This document shows positions 27,031-39,374 of a stretch of 64,000 bases of DNA, piece after piece. Every line of letters starts with the position of its first letter. The stretch's first letter is position 1. The translations under genes and the position numbers were made by a program. The notes beneath the pieces were generated by a model. It searched no databases and had not been told where the DNA came from. It worked only from the letters and a program-made list of their open reading frames with translations. The stretch spans positions 35,218,001-35,282,000 of the forward strand of contig NW_024704743.1 of assembly GCF_018977255.1 (NCBI RefSeq), read 5' to 3'. Origin of the DNA: Callorhinchus milii. Its lineage: Eukaryota.

Positions 27031-27378
27031 TCATAGATTCATAGAATGTTACGGCACAGAAGGAGGCCATTCGGCCCATCGAGTCTGTGCCGGCTCTTTG
27101 ACAGAGCAAGTCACTTTCACTAACCCCAATCACCAGCTTTCTCCCCATAACCCTGCAAACCCGTCTTCCCCTGATACCTATCCAGTTCTCTCTTAAAAGC
27201 TGTTATCGAATTGGATTTCACTGCCCTTTCAGGCAAATCATTCCAAATTAGAACAACTCGCTGAGTGAAAAAATTTCTTCTAACTGTCCGCTGCTTCTTT
27301 TGGTAGATATCTTAAGACTGTGACCACGGGGCACAGACACACCTACCAGCGGAAACAGCTTTTCCTTATCTAGCCTGT
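27031..27378 (-). mobile_element. CR1 3' end
   Basis: catagattcatagaatgttacggcacagaaggaggccattcggccc. Confidence 0.9.
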
Positions 27379-28104
27379 TTCCTCCTGAGGAGTTTGCTTT
27401 CTTTATTTTGTCTCAGGAGCAGTTTCTGTGCCTGGTGTGCAATGGAACCTTTGCAAAGTACTTCAGATTCTGTAGGGCTGTGCAAAGCAACGGACTTACA
27501 CAAACTTTTGTTGCATTTTCAGATGAGATGTTATACCCAGGTCCTATCTGCCTAACCAAGTGGACATTAAGATGCCGTGGTACTATTCAGTTTCAGCAGG
27601 ACAATGCAAAGCAGCAGTCTTATATAAACTTTAGCTACGCGCAGTTCACAATTGCTTTCTGAATTTGTGTCAAAGAACAATTTGATCCAATGTTGCATAC
27701 AGCGTACCATTTTGTTCTTCTGATGTACCAGAATATTTTTTTCTGAATTTCTCAATATTGGAAGAAAACATATGAAGATGTTAATTTGTTTCTCTGAAAC
27801 TGAGAAGTCTTTAAATGCTGTACTCTAGTAGTATTGTTACATTTTTAGCAAAGAAACTATTTGAATTTCTGCGTTCAAAATTCAAGTCTTCCATTTTCCT
27901 TGCTCCAAAGAAAGTTGCCCTTCCTACATTATTTTGAAAATCTTTTGAAGGGAAAACCATGAGAGATGCTGGCAGAAAATGACAAATCTCGTTATCTTAA
28001 TGGGCTTTATTTATCCAATTCCTTCCAGTTACAAAGTGACCTGAATTTTGGCCCCTCCAAATCTTTCCAGTCTCCTAAAGGTGCTGCTTGCAGCCTCCAG
28101 AAAC

Positions 28105-28430
28105 AGCAATTTGCATTTATATAGAGCCTAACACGCAGGAAAGCATCTCAGAGCGCTTCACAATGCACAACGCCCACCCGGGGGAGGTGACCATAAGCAC
28201 GGTCGAAGAGGAAGGTCTTCAGGTGCAACCTTGACAACCTCCAGTACCTCACCCAATAGCGCCTTTCACGTCGGGAGGACGTCCAAAAGCGCTGGACAGA
28301 CAGAGTTATGGACCCGAGCTGGGGTCGGGGTGAAGGAGGGTGGAGGGCAGGGGGGAAAGCAGGGAGATCGAAAGCATGGTCGAAGAGGAAGGTCTTGAGG
28401 TGGGTGGCGAGGGAGAGGACTAGACGGAGG
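28105..28430 (-). mobile_element. Two tandem L2 3' tips
   Basis: LKTFLFD encoded twice; tail gcctttcacgtcgggaggacgtcc. Confidence 0.78.
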
Positions 28431-28679
28431 GACTGGTCAGCATTCATCAGTGAGACGTTCAGCATCAGCAATTTATTTCAACCTGGGAAGCCCTATTTTT
28501 GGCTGCTGTAGACACACAGACTTTCCAGTAGGCATTGCCTGTATGCAATCCCTGACTCATTTATTTCTCTCTTTCTCCAAAGATGGTTAGGGCCACCCAA
28601 TTGGAATCCACTGTCTCAGCAGGAATTGAATCTTGGAGTTTCTTGTTGTGCATGTCTGTGTCTGTACCACACAGAGGAA

Positions 28680-29170
28680 GGACATACATCTCAAGAATAC
28701 AAAGAAGCTAAGAAACAATGCTTCAGTTGTACAGAGAGCTAATCTGGAGCATTGTGTTCAGATTTGGTGCCATACCTCAAGATAGATGTTCTGGTCTTGG
28801 TAGGTGTACAGCACATATTCACCAGAATAGCACCTGGGCTGAAGGGCTAAAATATGACAGGTTGAGTTATATTCCCTTCAGGTAAGAAAGTTGAGCTATG
28901 ATTTGATTGAAGTGTTTAAAATGATTTGACAAAGCAGATAGAAACATTTTGTTTCCCATACAAATGTGGAATTAATTGTTCCCAAAGGCCATAGAAGCTA
29001 GGTTAATTGAAATATTTTACAGGGAGGTAGGTGAATATTTGGTAGACCGTGGTATCAAGGGATATGGTGAAAGGGCATGCAAATGGTATTAACATGCACA
29101 TCAGCCATGATATCATAAAGTGGTGGAAAAGGCTTGATGAGCTGAACAATCTACTCATATTCTTCTGTAT
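28680..29170 (+). mobile_element. Degenerate CR1 3' region
   Basis: ctggagcattgtgttcagatttgg; atcaagggatatgg...cagccatgat tail. Confidence 0.7.
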
Positions 29171-29648
29171 CCACTGAACCATTCAGGAAGCTGAAAAACA
29201 TTTTAAATGTTGGGAACCTGGCAATGGTCAATGTAGGAATGGTGAGTGTTGCTGAAACCTCATCATAAGCTCATGTCCAGTTACTTACTGCAATTGATTT
29301 GTGTCCTGCCTACCCTCACTATCCTGCCACCTGCACTGAATGTTTGACATTCAGTCTCTGGTTTGTCAGAATTCAGCTGATCTTCATTACAACAATTAAT
29401 AAAGAATGTATAACATATTTACTGATATTTAAATAAGACACTTACGATGTAAAAATTCTAACCTTTATTAGAATTCAGAGTCTTGAAAGATTTCAGAGGT
29501 AGAGGCCCTTTATTGCAATTTCAACAGGATCATTTTTACTGTTTGCTTTATATTTCCACAAACACACCAAGTAACATTGTTACAGCACTTGTATATTGAC
29601 TTCTCACGACTGTTCTGACAAGCCAATATACCAAAGTAAAGCTATATA

Positions 29649-30092
29649 GTTGATTTCAAGATCCTCATCCTCACCTACAAGGCCATTCACGGCCTTGCTC
29701 CCTCCTACCTCTCCGGCCTGCTGTCCCCCTACCTACCTGCCCGTACCCTCCGTTCCTCTGGTTCTGGTCTGCTCCACGTCCCCCGCCCCAACCGCCCTAC
29801 CATCGGTGGTCGGGCCTTCAGCCTCTCAGCCCCCAGGCTCTGGAACTCCATCCCCCAGTGCCTTCGCCGCTTCCTCCCTTTCCTCCTTCAAGGCCGGTCT
29901 CAAAACCTTTCTCTTTGACCGTGCCTTCAGCTCCCCTCTCGACTCTCTTCCCCCTCCTCGCTCCCTCCCTTCCCTCCCCTCACCCTGACCATTTCCCCCC
30001 TGCTCGGGTCATGACCCAACTGTGCAGCGCCTTGGGACGTCCTCCTGACGTGAAAGGCGCTTTATAAATGGAATCTTGTTGTTGTTGTTGTT
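29649..30092 (+). mobile_element. L2 3' end (young, CpG-rich)
   Basis: gatttcaagatcctcatcctcacctacaagg...ctcaaaacctttctctttgacc; tail gggacgtcctcctgacgtgaaaggcgctttataaatggaatc(ttg)n. Confidence 0.9.
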
Positions 30093-30562
30093 ATAGTGCA
30101 TTGTTAGTATACAATTTACATGCTTCACTTCAGTATTAGAGTTTTGTTTAAGTGATATTGCATTTTCACTGATATTTACAGAAAGGTCTGCATAGGCCAG
30201 GACAGTGGTGATGCAGTGCAGTAACACTGCATTTACTCCTTTTGTCAGTGAAGATACGCACATCGGTTTCACACATCAGGCTACTTCCACCTAGTGTAAC
30301 ATTGACAAGGCGCAAATAAATATCAATAAACTACTGAGTTGGGAAAGATCTGCGTTTCTGATAATAAGTTGTAGTGCGGCAATAGCTTTTGCGAGGAAAG
30401 AAGCCAATTAAAAGAGTTTGCAACAAATAGACTGAGATTAAGGAAGGAAGTGACAAAAATAACTATAAAGGACCATGCTCAATCCTCACAAGACAGGGAA
30501 AAGGTACAAGAAAAATGAGAAACATGCAAACCCAGACAGTTAGGCAATAAAATGTAATTATA

Positions 30563-31303
30563 AACAAAATACAAAATACTGCAGATGCTGGAAATCTGAA
30601 AACAAAAACAGAAATGGCTAATAATTATAATTTTAATAATCCTTGCCTTTGATATAGCGCTTTTCACGTCTTCTAGACGTCTCAAAACGCTTCACAGAAT
30701 ATGCTGTAAAGTGAATTGACTGTATATTTGTGGGCGAAACGCAGCCAATTGCGCACAGCAGTTTCCCACAAACAGTCGTGGATTGAAAATGACCAATTTA
30801 TTATTGTTTTTGTTTTTGGAGGGATTATTATTAGGCGTGTGGAGTAAGGAAACTTGCCCCAGGTTTCGCCCTGCCTGGAATTGAACCCAGATCTCTCGCT
30901 TGCAAGGCGAGTGCTCTAACCACTGAGCTACAGGACTCCAGCTACAGGCTGGGAACACTTAGCAGTTGAGGCAGTATCTATGAAGAAAGGAAAGTAAGTC
31001 AACATTTTGAGTCCAAGACGATGTCAGGATTGGCCCTGAGAGAGGAGTGCAGCACATTCGGAAGGAGAAAGATTTGAGTGGAAGAAGGGAGAGGAGAAGA
31101 GGACACGGCCGATGTCACAACAACAACAACAACAACAAGATTCTCAATGAACAGGTCCAGGGAGGGTAGGGGGTCTGGTGGCGGGGTCCAAGTGAAGCCG
31201 GGGTTTTGTCGTGGACCCGAAACATTGACTCACTTTCCTTTCTCCATACTGACCTGCTGCCTGACCTGCTGAGTGTTCCAGCCACTTCTATTTTTGTTTT
31301 TTG
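30563..31303. mobile_element. Penelope-like element with two oppositely oriented termini; the left one is interrupted by a SINE
   Basis: Left arm aaaatactgcagatgctggaaatctgaa...gtcaacattttgagtcc is the reverse-complement homolog of right arm gtcgtggacccgaaacattgactcactttcctttctcc...ctgctgagtgttccagcc. Confidence 0.7.
30620..30939 (-). mobile_element. tRNA-derived SINE type B2, inserted into a Penelope-like terminus
   Basis: Full head to tail; the host sequence gaaatggct|...|ggctgggaacac resumes on both sides. Confidence 0.93.
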
Positions 31304-31959
31304 TTAATAGAATGTAATTGTTCATCCAGTAACAACTGCAATGTTAGACAATCAATCGTATAACATCTAAGTCTGTTTAACATCAGTAGGGATGTTGCAA
31401 AGTAAATTAGCCTTTTTGCAAAAATGTGTTTTGTGCTACAGTTTGTTTGTGTAAATGTGTATTAGGTTGTGCACAATGGAGTAATGCCAGTGTAATAAAG
31501 AAGACTGCAGTTTATATATCAGTTGCTCGTAGCAGAAGAGCTAATTCTGAAGGAGCAGTGATGTTAATTTTGATTATGATTTATTCATTTGTCCTGAGAA
31601 TGAATCTTGTGCACAGATTTATAATGAAATTAGAAAATTATTACATTTGTGTGCAAATTTCAGGCTGCTTTTTAATTGAACAGGGAGGATACAGGTATTA
31701 CTTTTTAAAAAGAGCTTACCCTCCTATTTTCTCTCCATTTCTCTTCCGTATTCCTCCCCTCCAATCCATGACATTCTCCAGTTGGGAAGGCCATTTACCC
31801 CAAGGTTTACAGGCTGCCAGGTTCTCCAGTTAATCTTTCTTTTTTTAAAAAAAAGTGCTGACCTACAATGTTAATTTATTTTTTAATTTTTGCTCTAATT
31901 AATGTGAAAAATCATACATTGAATAGCCTCTTCAAACATGCTTCCAACTCTTTCATTCT

Positions 31960-33115
31960 TCAAAAGAAATCACAAAGCTCCTTGTGTTGTGTGCACAAAA
32001 CCCGGCTATAGACTTGAATATTGCCCAAAAATGTCTCACCAAATATTTGGGTAACAATCTGAATACGTTGATAACAGAATAATGAGGTTGGAAGTGAGGG
32101 AGGCGAGTTGATATTCCAGGGAAACAGTCAAAATGAAATAACCTGACTTCATTTAACAAACAGGAGGAGGAAATGATTAATCATAGACATCTGCTGCAGA
32201 TCTGCTGGACAGGAGAAAGATGACCACAGTGTGTGGTTTGATGAAATCAAAAGGTTATGTGAAGAAAATTATGCATTGTGCTGGACTTCAGTCAAACTCG
32301 ATATAAAATGAGAAATTTCCTGAAGTAGTAATCATACCGAATTAGGACTAATGAACGTGGTAGAAGATTGCTTTCGGAGATAGGTCTTACAAGGAGTAAC
32401 ATATATCTAAATCTGCTTCTTAAAAATGATCAAGACAGCATCCTTAATACAGAAGAAACAGGACCTCCACTGGCCACAGCTTGATTATGTTTAGAACTGG
32501 CTGATCAACGCCACCAGTTAGAAGCAGGATAAAGTATGAGTTTAAAAGGCAAAAATCAACCAAATTATGGCAGAGCATAAAGAAAATATTATACCTAGAA
32601 AATGTTGCAGAAATTTTAGGGGAATGTGTAATGCATTGAAAACAATGTGTACACAAGGCATATATATGCCCATGCAAGTAAGTGGAAGCTGAATAAACAT
32701 TCTTTGAATTGCATTAAGAGATCAATTAAAACCAGAATAGTTAGAAAGGCAGATTGTAGAAAGTCTATCGGGAAAAGGAAGGAGAGAATTCTGGGAGGAG
32801 AACAGGAACTTGCTAAAACGGGTCAAAAGGGATATTGGAAGTGCAAGAGGACCTTAGAGATAAGCATCGTTAAATATGCTAGACATAGATTTAAAATGTC
32901 TATCATTATCACCACAGTCAGTAGTCAAATGGGAAATATCAACTTAAACATAGAATTGTCGGTGAAGAGTCCATAAATTATTTTAAAATGGAATTAGAAA
33001 GATGTTTGGAAAAAAAAGCATTAAGGGGCATGGGGAGAGTGGGATTAGGTAGATTCATGGAGGAAACACCAGTGCTGATTATTTCTGTGCTGTAACATGG
33101 CATGTCACTATATGA
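31960..33115 (+). mobile_element. Very degenerate CR1 remnant
   Basis: tggcagagcataaag..aatgtgtaatgcatt; 3'UTR-like ggaaacaccagtgctg...tttctgtgctgtaa. Confidence 0.5.
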
Positions 33116-35523
33116 ATATTTTCTGAAAGTACATACTAGAGAACAATACTGAATTGTCAAAGTTTCTGCAGGACAGCTCTTCTGCTGAAGGATAGTGCAG
33201 GCAGTATGTTAAAGATATTTGAGAAGTTAGGGAAACTTTTTGCTAGCAAATCACTTGGGTCAGTCAGCAGGTTTGTATCAGAGGCACCAAAGGAGGTCAG
33301 GGAGGAAATTTCAGAGGCACAAATTTCATTGTGGATCAATCACTAAGCACGGGTGACATCTGGCACAAATTGGGCAACAAGTACTTATATTTAAAGAGGA
33401 TGTTGACCTGACTCGAGCAAACACAAACCTATTAGCTTGAACTGAACAACCGGGAGCAAAGTAATTGATTCAGTCGCGTCTCCCATTCTGCACAGTCATT
33501 ATTGGGGCAGCAGAGATCTTGTAATTAAGTTTCTAATGCTTCATGCTTGCACGAACGTCTGAAGTTATCAAAATACTTTTTCCTCTTCTCTCACCCTCAA
33601 ATGTCAGTACAGTATATATAATCACAAACAGAGTTTTATCGGGGAAACATGGGTATTAATTGTCTTTTTTATATTGACTTTTATATTGACTTTGAACACA
33701 AATAATAAAAGGAGTGGTATAAGTGGTAGTTATAATATAAGTGGTAGTTAGAGATCATAAGTCATCCTTGAATGAGATATATATATTTGGTAAGCCGCTT
33801 AACTTTCCCTCCACGTATTGCCAGAAAGCGCACCGTAGAGTCGTTCTCGGTCAGTGATATGAACAATAATCAGTGATGTGAACAATAATAACAAAGTGCA
33901 TTTAAATAGCGCCTTTCACGTTAGGAGAACGTCCCAAGGCACTGGACAGTGAAAGGTTTGCACCAAGCCGCCGGCTAAGTCAAGAGGTGGTATAGGGCAA
34001 GGGGGTGGAAGTAGGAAGATGGAATATGAAGGTGGAGGTACTGGAATAACAATGGCCAAGCTTCTTCAGCACATCTTGGGACGAGGAACTCAAGAAGAAA
34101 GAGGGAGGTCAACAGCTTGCTTTCACAAACTTGAAGTGACAGTTTTTTCTTTAAAACTATTGGGGGGCGGGGGGAGAGGGGTTGAATGTGATATGTGATG
34201 TCCCTCCCCCCTTAATGAAAAACATGCTACCTTTCTTCATAGATTAAATGATATCTAGATCTACATTATTTCTGATTGATGGGGCTTTTGTTTCAATGGA
34301 TGTGGACAAAATGCAGTTCATCAAACTAGTAAATGTACTGTATGTGGCAGATAACATGAAAATGCTCAAAAATGAATAACAGCTGTTTACATAAATGTGT
34401 CAAGTAATCAAGACTGTAAATAATAAACAAGCTTGTTTTTGCCAATTTACAGCAAAGCGTCTGTGCATTGCTAAAGAAACAGTCCTAATAGGTCATTCGT
34501 TATTGTTGTTTTAGGCCATTCTTTATTACAAAGCAAACAGTAAAACAGGAAATGTGCCCAATGGGAAAATAGCACCTTAAATGCCATCACACCAGTCAGA
34601 ATGTAATGTGAGTCTGATCTATGGAACCCCATTTATGCCACACCAACTCGCAGTAACTTGGTGGTAGTCAGGCTTCCCTGCAGGAAGTGTACTTTATGAC
34701 TTCATGTGATTTTCACATCCCGTGGTGCCAGGTACTCTGCCATTTCCAATGACTGCTTTTTCAAGCCCTTAGACTTGGTTACTCCCTGTCGCTGAGCTGC
34801 TTTATGGTGCTATTAGGGATACGGCGTGGTAACACCTTTCAGGCTTCCCTTACAACAGATTGAAAACAATACGATTTTTGAGTTACATACTTTGTGAGAG
34901 GGGAATTTGCTCGCAGTAGAGCACTTGCTCAACATATGAGAGATATCAAGATCGATGCTCACTTTCTTAGGTAGAATTTTGTGAAGAAAAATACCAATGC
35001 AGACACGAAGGACCAAAAGGCCTGTTTGAGTGCTGTACATTCTTTGAATGCTAATGCATAGAAAATGACAGGAATGTGTACAAGACCAAGGTGATATGTT
35101 GCTTTATATTGTTGCTGTCAATGTACTGGTCATTCCAGAGTTTGAAACACAATGTAGGGTGAATGGTTTTATTCCGAATGCTGTGAGACTACATTAAACT
35201 AACAAGTTAGAAATTCTGGATCCAATTTTTGTAACTATTGTATTGCATGGTGAAAATTGATGTTTGACCAGTTGACTTGGCACTAAGTTGACACAATATT
35301 TTGTGAGGGCAATTTTATATTTAGTAGCACAGTAACCTGTTCTGATGTTCTTGCTTTCTCTTCACATCGTTCCCTTAATCTGCGCCCCTCCCCCCTCCTG
35401 TTTTTCTATCTGTCACATCTCCTTTTCTTCCCTTTTACGAAGTGTGTTGACCATATAGCAATGAATGGTCAAGGTTACATTGCATGCTGGCAGTTGTCCA
35501 GCAGTGTGCCTTGGGTATACACT

Positions 35524-35858
35524 GAGTCCTGTAGCTCAGTGGTTAGAGCACTCGCTTTGCAAGCGAGAGACCTGAGTTCAATTCCAGGCAGAGGGCGAAA
35601 CCTTGGGCAAGTTTCCTTACTCCACACGCCTAATAATAATCCCTCCAAAAAACAAAAAAAAAAAACAGTAATAAATTGGTCATTTTCAATCTACGACTGT
35701 TTGTGGGACATTGCTGTGCGCAATTGGCTGCCGCGTTCGCCCACAAATATACAGTCAATTCACTTTACAGTGTGTTCTGTGAAGCGCTTTGGGACGTCCT
35801 CCCGACGTGAAAAGCGCTATATCAAATGCAAGGATTATTATTATTATTATTATTATTA
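35524..35858 (+). mobile_element. tRNA-derived SINE type B1
   Basis: A and B boxes, anticodon-like arm ctcgc-tttgcaa-gcgag, tail gggacgtcctcccgacgtgaaaagcgctatatcaaatgcaagg(att)n. Confidence 0.95.
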
Positions 35859-36029
35859 CCCGGTCACTGACATTGAGCACACTATAAATAGCTGGTTAAT
35901 TCACAGTATTTCTAAAAGTGTATGTTTTCCATGATTCAAATCAGTCAGTATGAGATGACTGGCAACCATGTGTGGTTGGATTTACAAATTATGGATACTT
36001 TCAATTTAAAGAACAAATTGTCAAAGAAA

Positions 36030-36455
36030 GAACTTGTACTTTTGGAGCACCTTTTCGTGTTGAAAAACATCTCAAAGGGCATTATAGTGATTACTGCTAA
36101 GTTTAGTAAATTTTGTAAAACCAGAGTGCAGCTATTTTATGCACAGCAAAAGTCCAAAAAGCCATGAGATGATTGAATGATTTATCTGGAGGAGTTTTGC
36201 CCAGGACAATGGGAGAAACTTTATTCTTCTATTATTATTTCTATGTTCTATTTATTATTCAAATAGGGCCATGAATCTTTAGTCCATTGGAAGAACAAAC
36301 AGATGGGATCTTAATTCAATGTTTCATCAAAGGACAGCACTTACGAAAAATGCAACCCTCATCCAATACTGCACTGGGATATGAGTTTGGACTATCAGAC
36401 TATCTCAACATAGGGCTAGAGGAAAGAGTGCTACTAACCAAGCCAAGCTGACACA
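36030..36455 (-). mobile_element. Degenerate DeuSINE (SacSINE1-like)
   Basis: Reverse complement of the head (gagtgctactaaccaagccaagctgacac) and Deu core. Confidence 0.7.
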
Positions 36456-37189
36456 GACACAGGATAATCCAGTCAGCGCTGATACTTTACTTTTCAATGG
36501 CATTCAACCAGAAAGGAGATGTCAATTCCCCACTCTTTAATGAGACCTGGTCAAAGATTGCCCACTACATACTGTATGTCACTTGAATTAGTTTTTCTTC
36601 CAGTGAAAAGACCCGACAGCTGCAATAGACTTTCTCACATGAAAGGTAATATTTTTTCTCTCATGTAGGATTTACGTGATCTGTTAATAGCTGAAAAAGA
36701 TGTGCTCTCATTACAGTATTATTTGTTTCTTTATTTCCTTACTTTTTATAACGGGTTAGAAATATTTACCCTTTTTTAATCATCAAATAAAACATTAATA
36801 ACTTGTGTCTGTGTAACACCCTTCAGTGTCTCGGATATCAAATACAGAAAAAGCATGATCTTTCAATCAGTTTTGAACAGCTTGTTTCAGCACCTCCCCC
36901 ACCAAAAAAAAATCCCCAAACCCTTTCCAGCACATGGTGTTCCCTCCCCTCCACAAAGTGGGCACATTACACTGGAATTATGCTTCACGCACTGACTGGG
37001 TTCCCGAGCTGTTGTGGCTGGGAGGGGAAAGGGGAAAGGTGGTTGAAAGCATAGATCAAGAGACTATGGGACTCTCAGGTGAAGTTCAACAGGGTGGTCA
37101 GAGTGGCTAAAAGCTTGCCCACTGATGGATGAACTGTAGAACTTTTTTTTTTTACCTGTCGATGAACATCTGAATCCTACAAAGGAAGG

Positions 37190-37588
37190 GTGTCAACTTG
37201 ATTCAGTCAGGGTCAGAAGGTTGTGGGTTCAAACCCCATGTTGGGATTTTGAGCTCACAATCTAGGCTGCCATTCTATTGCAACGCAGTTCTGGGGGTAC
37301 AATGCTTTGTCAGAGGTGCTATCCTTCAGATGCAACATTAAAATCACGTCTGTTCTCGGTAAAGATTCCATGGCACTATTCAAAGAGAGTTTCTCTTGGT
37401 ATCTTGGCCAACAATCCCCCAGATAAAATTGGTCATTCACTTCATGGCTGTTTGTGGGATATTGCTGTAAGCATATTGGCAGCGGCTTTCACCTACAAGA
37501 TATGCAGTACTGTAAAATCATGTGAAGTACTTTGACATGTCTCGACGAAGTGATGAGGTGCTATATCAAATACAAGGATTATTATTAC
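37190..37588 (+). mobile_element. Older DeuSINE (SacSINE1-like)
   Basis: gtcagaaggttgtgggttcaaacccc, aaagattccatggcactattc, cttggccaacaatccccc, (ATT)n tail. Confidence 0.82.
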
Positions 37589-39374
37589 TGTATATAACTT
37601 TCCTCTAGTTTTATTTGACAAATAATACATGGAGTGATTAATAGTACTGAAGTTGATCATTTTAAATATGTAATATTACTTCATTCAATTTGCCTGCTAA
37701 ACAATTATCTGAATGAGAAAATGGGAGGACAAAATTCTGAAGGATGAGATCTTATTCATCTGAACTTTCTCTTGTGATATTGCGAAATGCTTGGCGCACT
37801 TTGCTGGGATGCTAATCTAAACCTACCAGCACAAAGGGCATAATTACCAAATAGAACTTCCTTTCTGTGCAACACATCTCATTATAAGGTACGTATTGTA
37901 CAGCTTCCAGAGGTGATGGTTTAATGCAGAAATTGCCTGCTGTGATTTTCAGTTGCACTGTGTTTGTTAACGGTGCAACCAATGCCTGAGACGTTTTGTG
38001 AAGCAAGTTTGGAATAGTAAGAAGTTAGGAATTGGGCTCTGAATAAAACACGCACCAAAATGTGCATTTTATTTTGCAAAGTCTGGTCTCTTCTGGCTTT
38101 AAGTCACAGCAAATAATAGAGCCTGGGGAAAACAAAGCAAACAGAAACATTAATAGAGTTAGTATTTGACTGAGTGTGTATTTGCTCATTGCAATGGTAC
38201 TTTATTAGCATACATGGAATGCTACCTTTCTGCAAGACTTCTTTAGGGCCCCAAATAAGTTTCAGAGCATTATAGAAATGTGTGATTTGGTCAGGATTTA
38301 TAGTAGGTGGAATGGGGTTGTTTTTGCATCAATGTTTATTATTTGTGCACGCTAACAGCAACAACTGCTTTCCTTCCGAGTTTCAGCCAAAGGCTGACTC
38401 TGCTAAATCTCTGGGCTGAGGCACTTCTAATAATTGAAAACAGCAAGAAGAAAAGGTGACCTTTATAACATCTGTTTTCTTGATCAGTTGGAAGTCTCGT
38501 ACTTGTGCAATCCACTGACATATTGACTCAGTCAGAAGCAGAGATTGTGTAGATGAATCCAGAGAGCTCAGCCAATGAACCAGTGATTTACACACCAGCC
38601 ACACCAGTGATTTCCTCACTTTAAGGCTCACATTTTATGTAATACAGCACAATTGTCTTTTGCACAATAGTGTCACAAAGTCCTTAACAAATATGATAGG
38701 GAGAAATTAGGCAGAGGAGGGAAAATTTAAGAAGCTCAATCACAATTATGGTTGAACAGATATGTTTTTAGGGGGAATTCAAGGTGTGCAAAGGGGAAAG
38801 TGAGGCAAAGGGGATTTGTAAGAGAGCTGAGCACATTAATGCGTTAAGTGACTCAAATTACATGCACAAAGGAAAATGAAATAAATAGGTTTGGGATAAG
38901 GGGTTAGGAGGGGTGAATCTCATGTGGAGTTTAAACACCAGCATAGACTAATTGGGTTGAATGGCCTGTTTTCGTGCTGAAGCATTCTATGTAAATTAAT
39001 CTCATCACTTTGGTGAGCTTGGTGTTAGTTTGGAGGGCAGCCAGTCACATAATGTGACCGTTTGATGCAGATGTATATCAAAAGGCCTGTTGCCTCATTT
39101 AAACTTAGATAATGCTCTTGAGTTACATCAGTGGTGACTGAGAGATCAGAATGAACGTACTGTATAAAAAAAGACATAGAACTATAAAGTCATTTTTTCT
39201 CCAGTGTCTCTAAAACCTCTGTGAAGAAAAACAGGATGCAAATATATAGAATTTATTGAAATGTTGATATTGATACATTTCCCAATTGACCTATCATCAT
39301 CATTTCATCCCACGCATTTTCACGTGCAGTCTGTCTATTCTTGTCCTCCATTTACACACTCAGATGATGCATCT

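Noticed and set aside
27670..27742. Minus-strand KKYSGTSEEQNGTLYATLDQIVL* resembling an ITIM-bearing last exon
   Set aside because: Weak acceptor, and no supporting Ig or transmembrane exons were found in the window.
35524..35600. Apparent tRNA genes at SINE heads
   Set aside because: Each continues into SINE body and tail with no terminator, and there are many diverged copies.
35461..35934. Recurrent ORFs such as ESCSSVVRAL... and MGKFPYSTRLIIIPPK (13601, 45367, 56332)
   Set aside because: They are chance translations of the same SINE, not a protein family.
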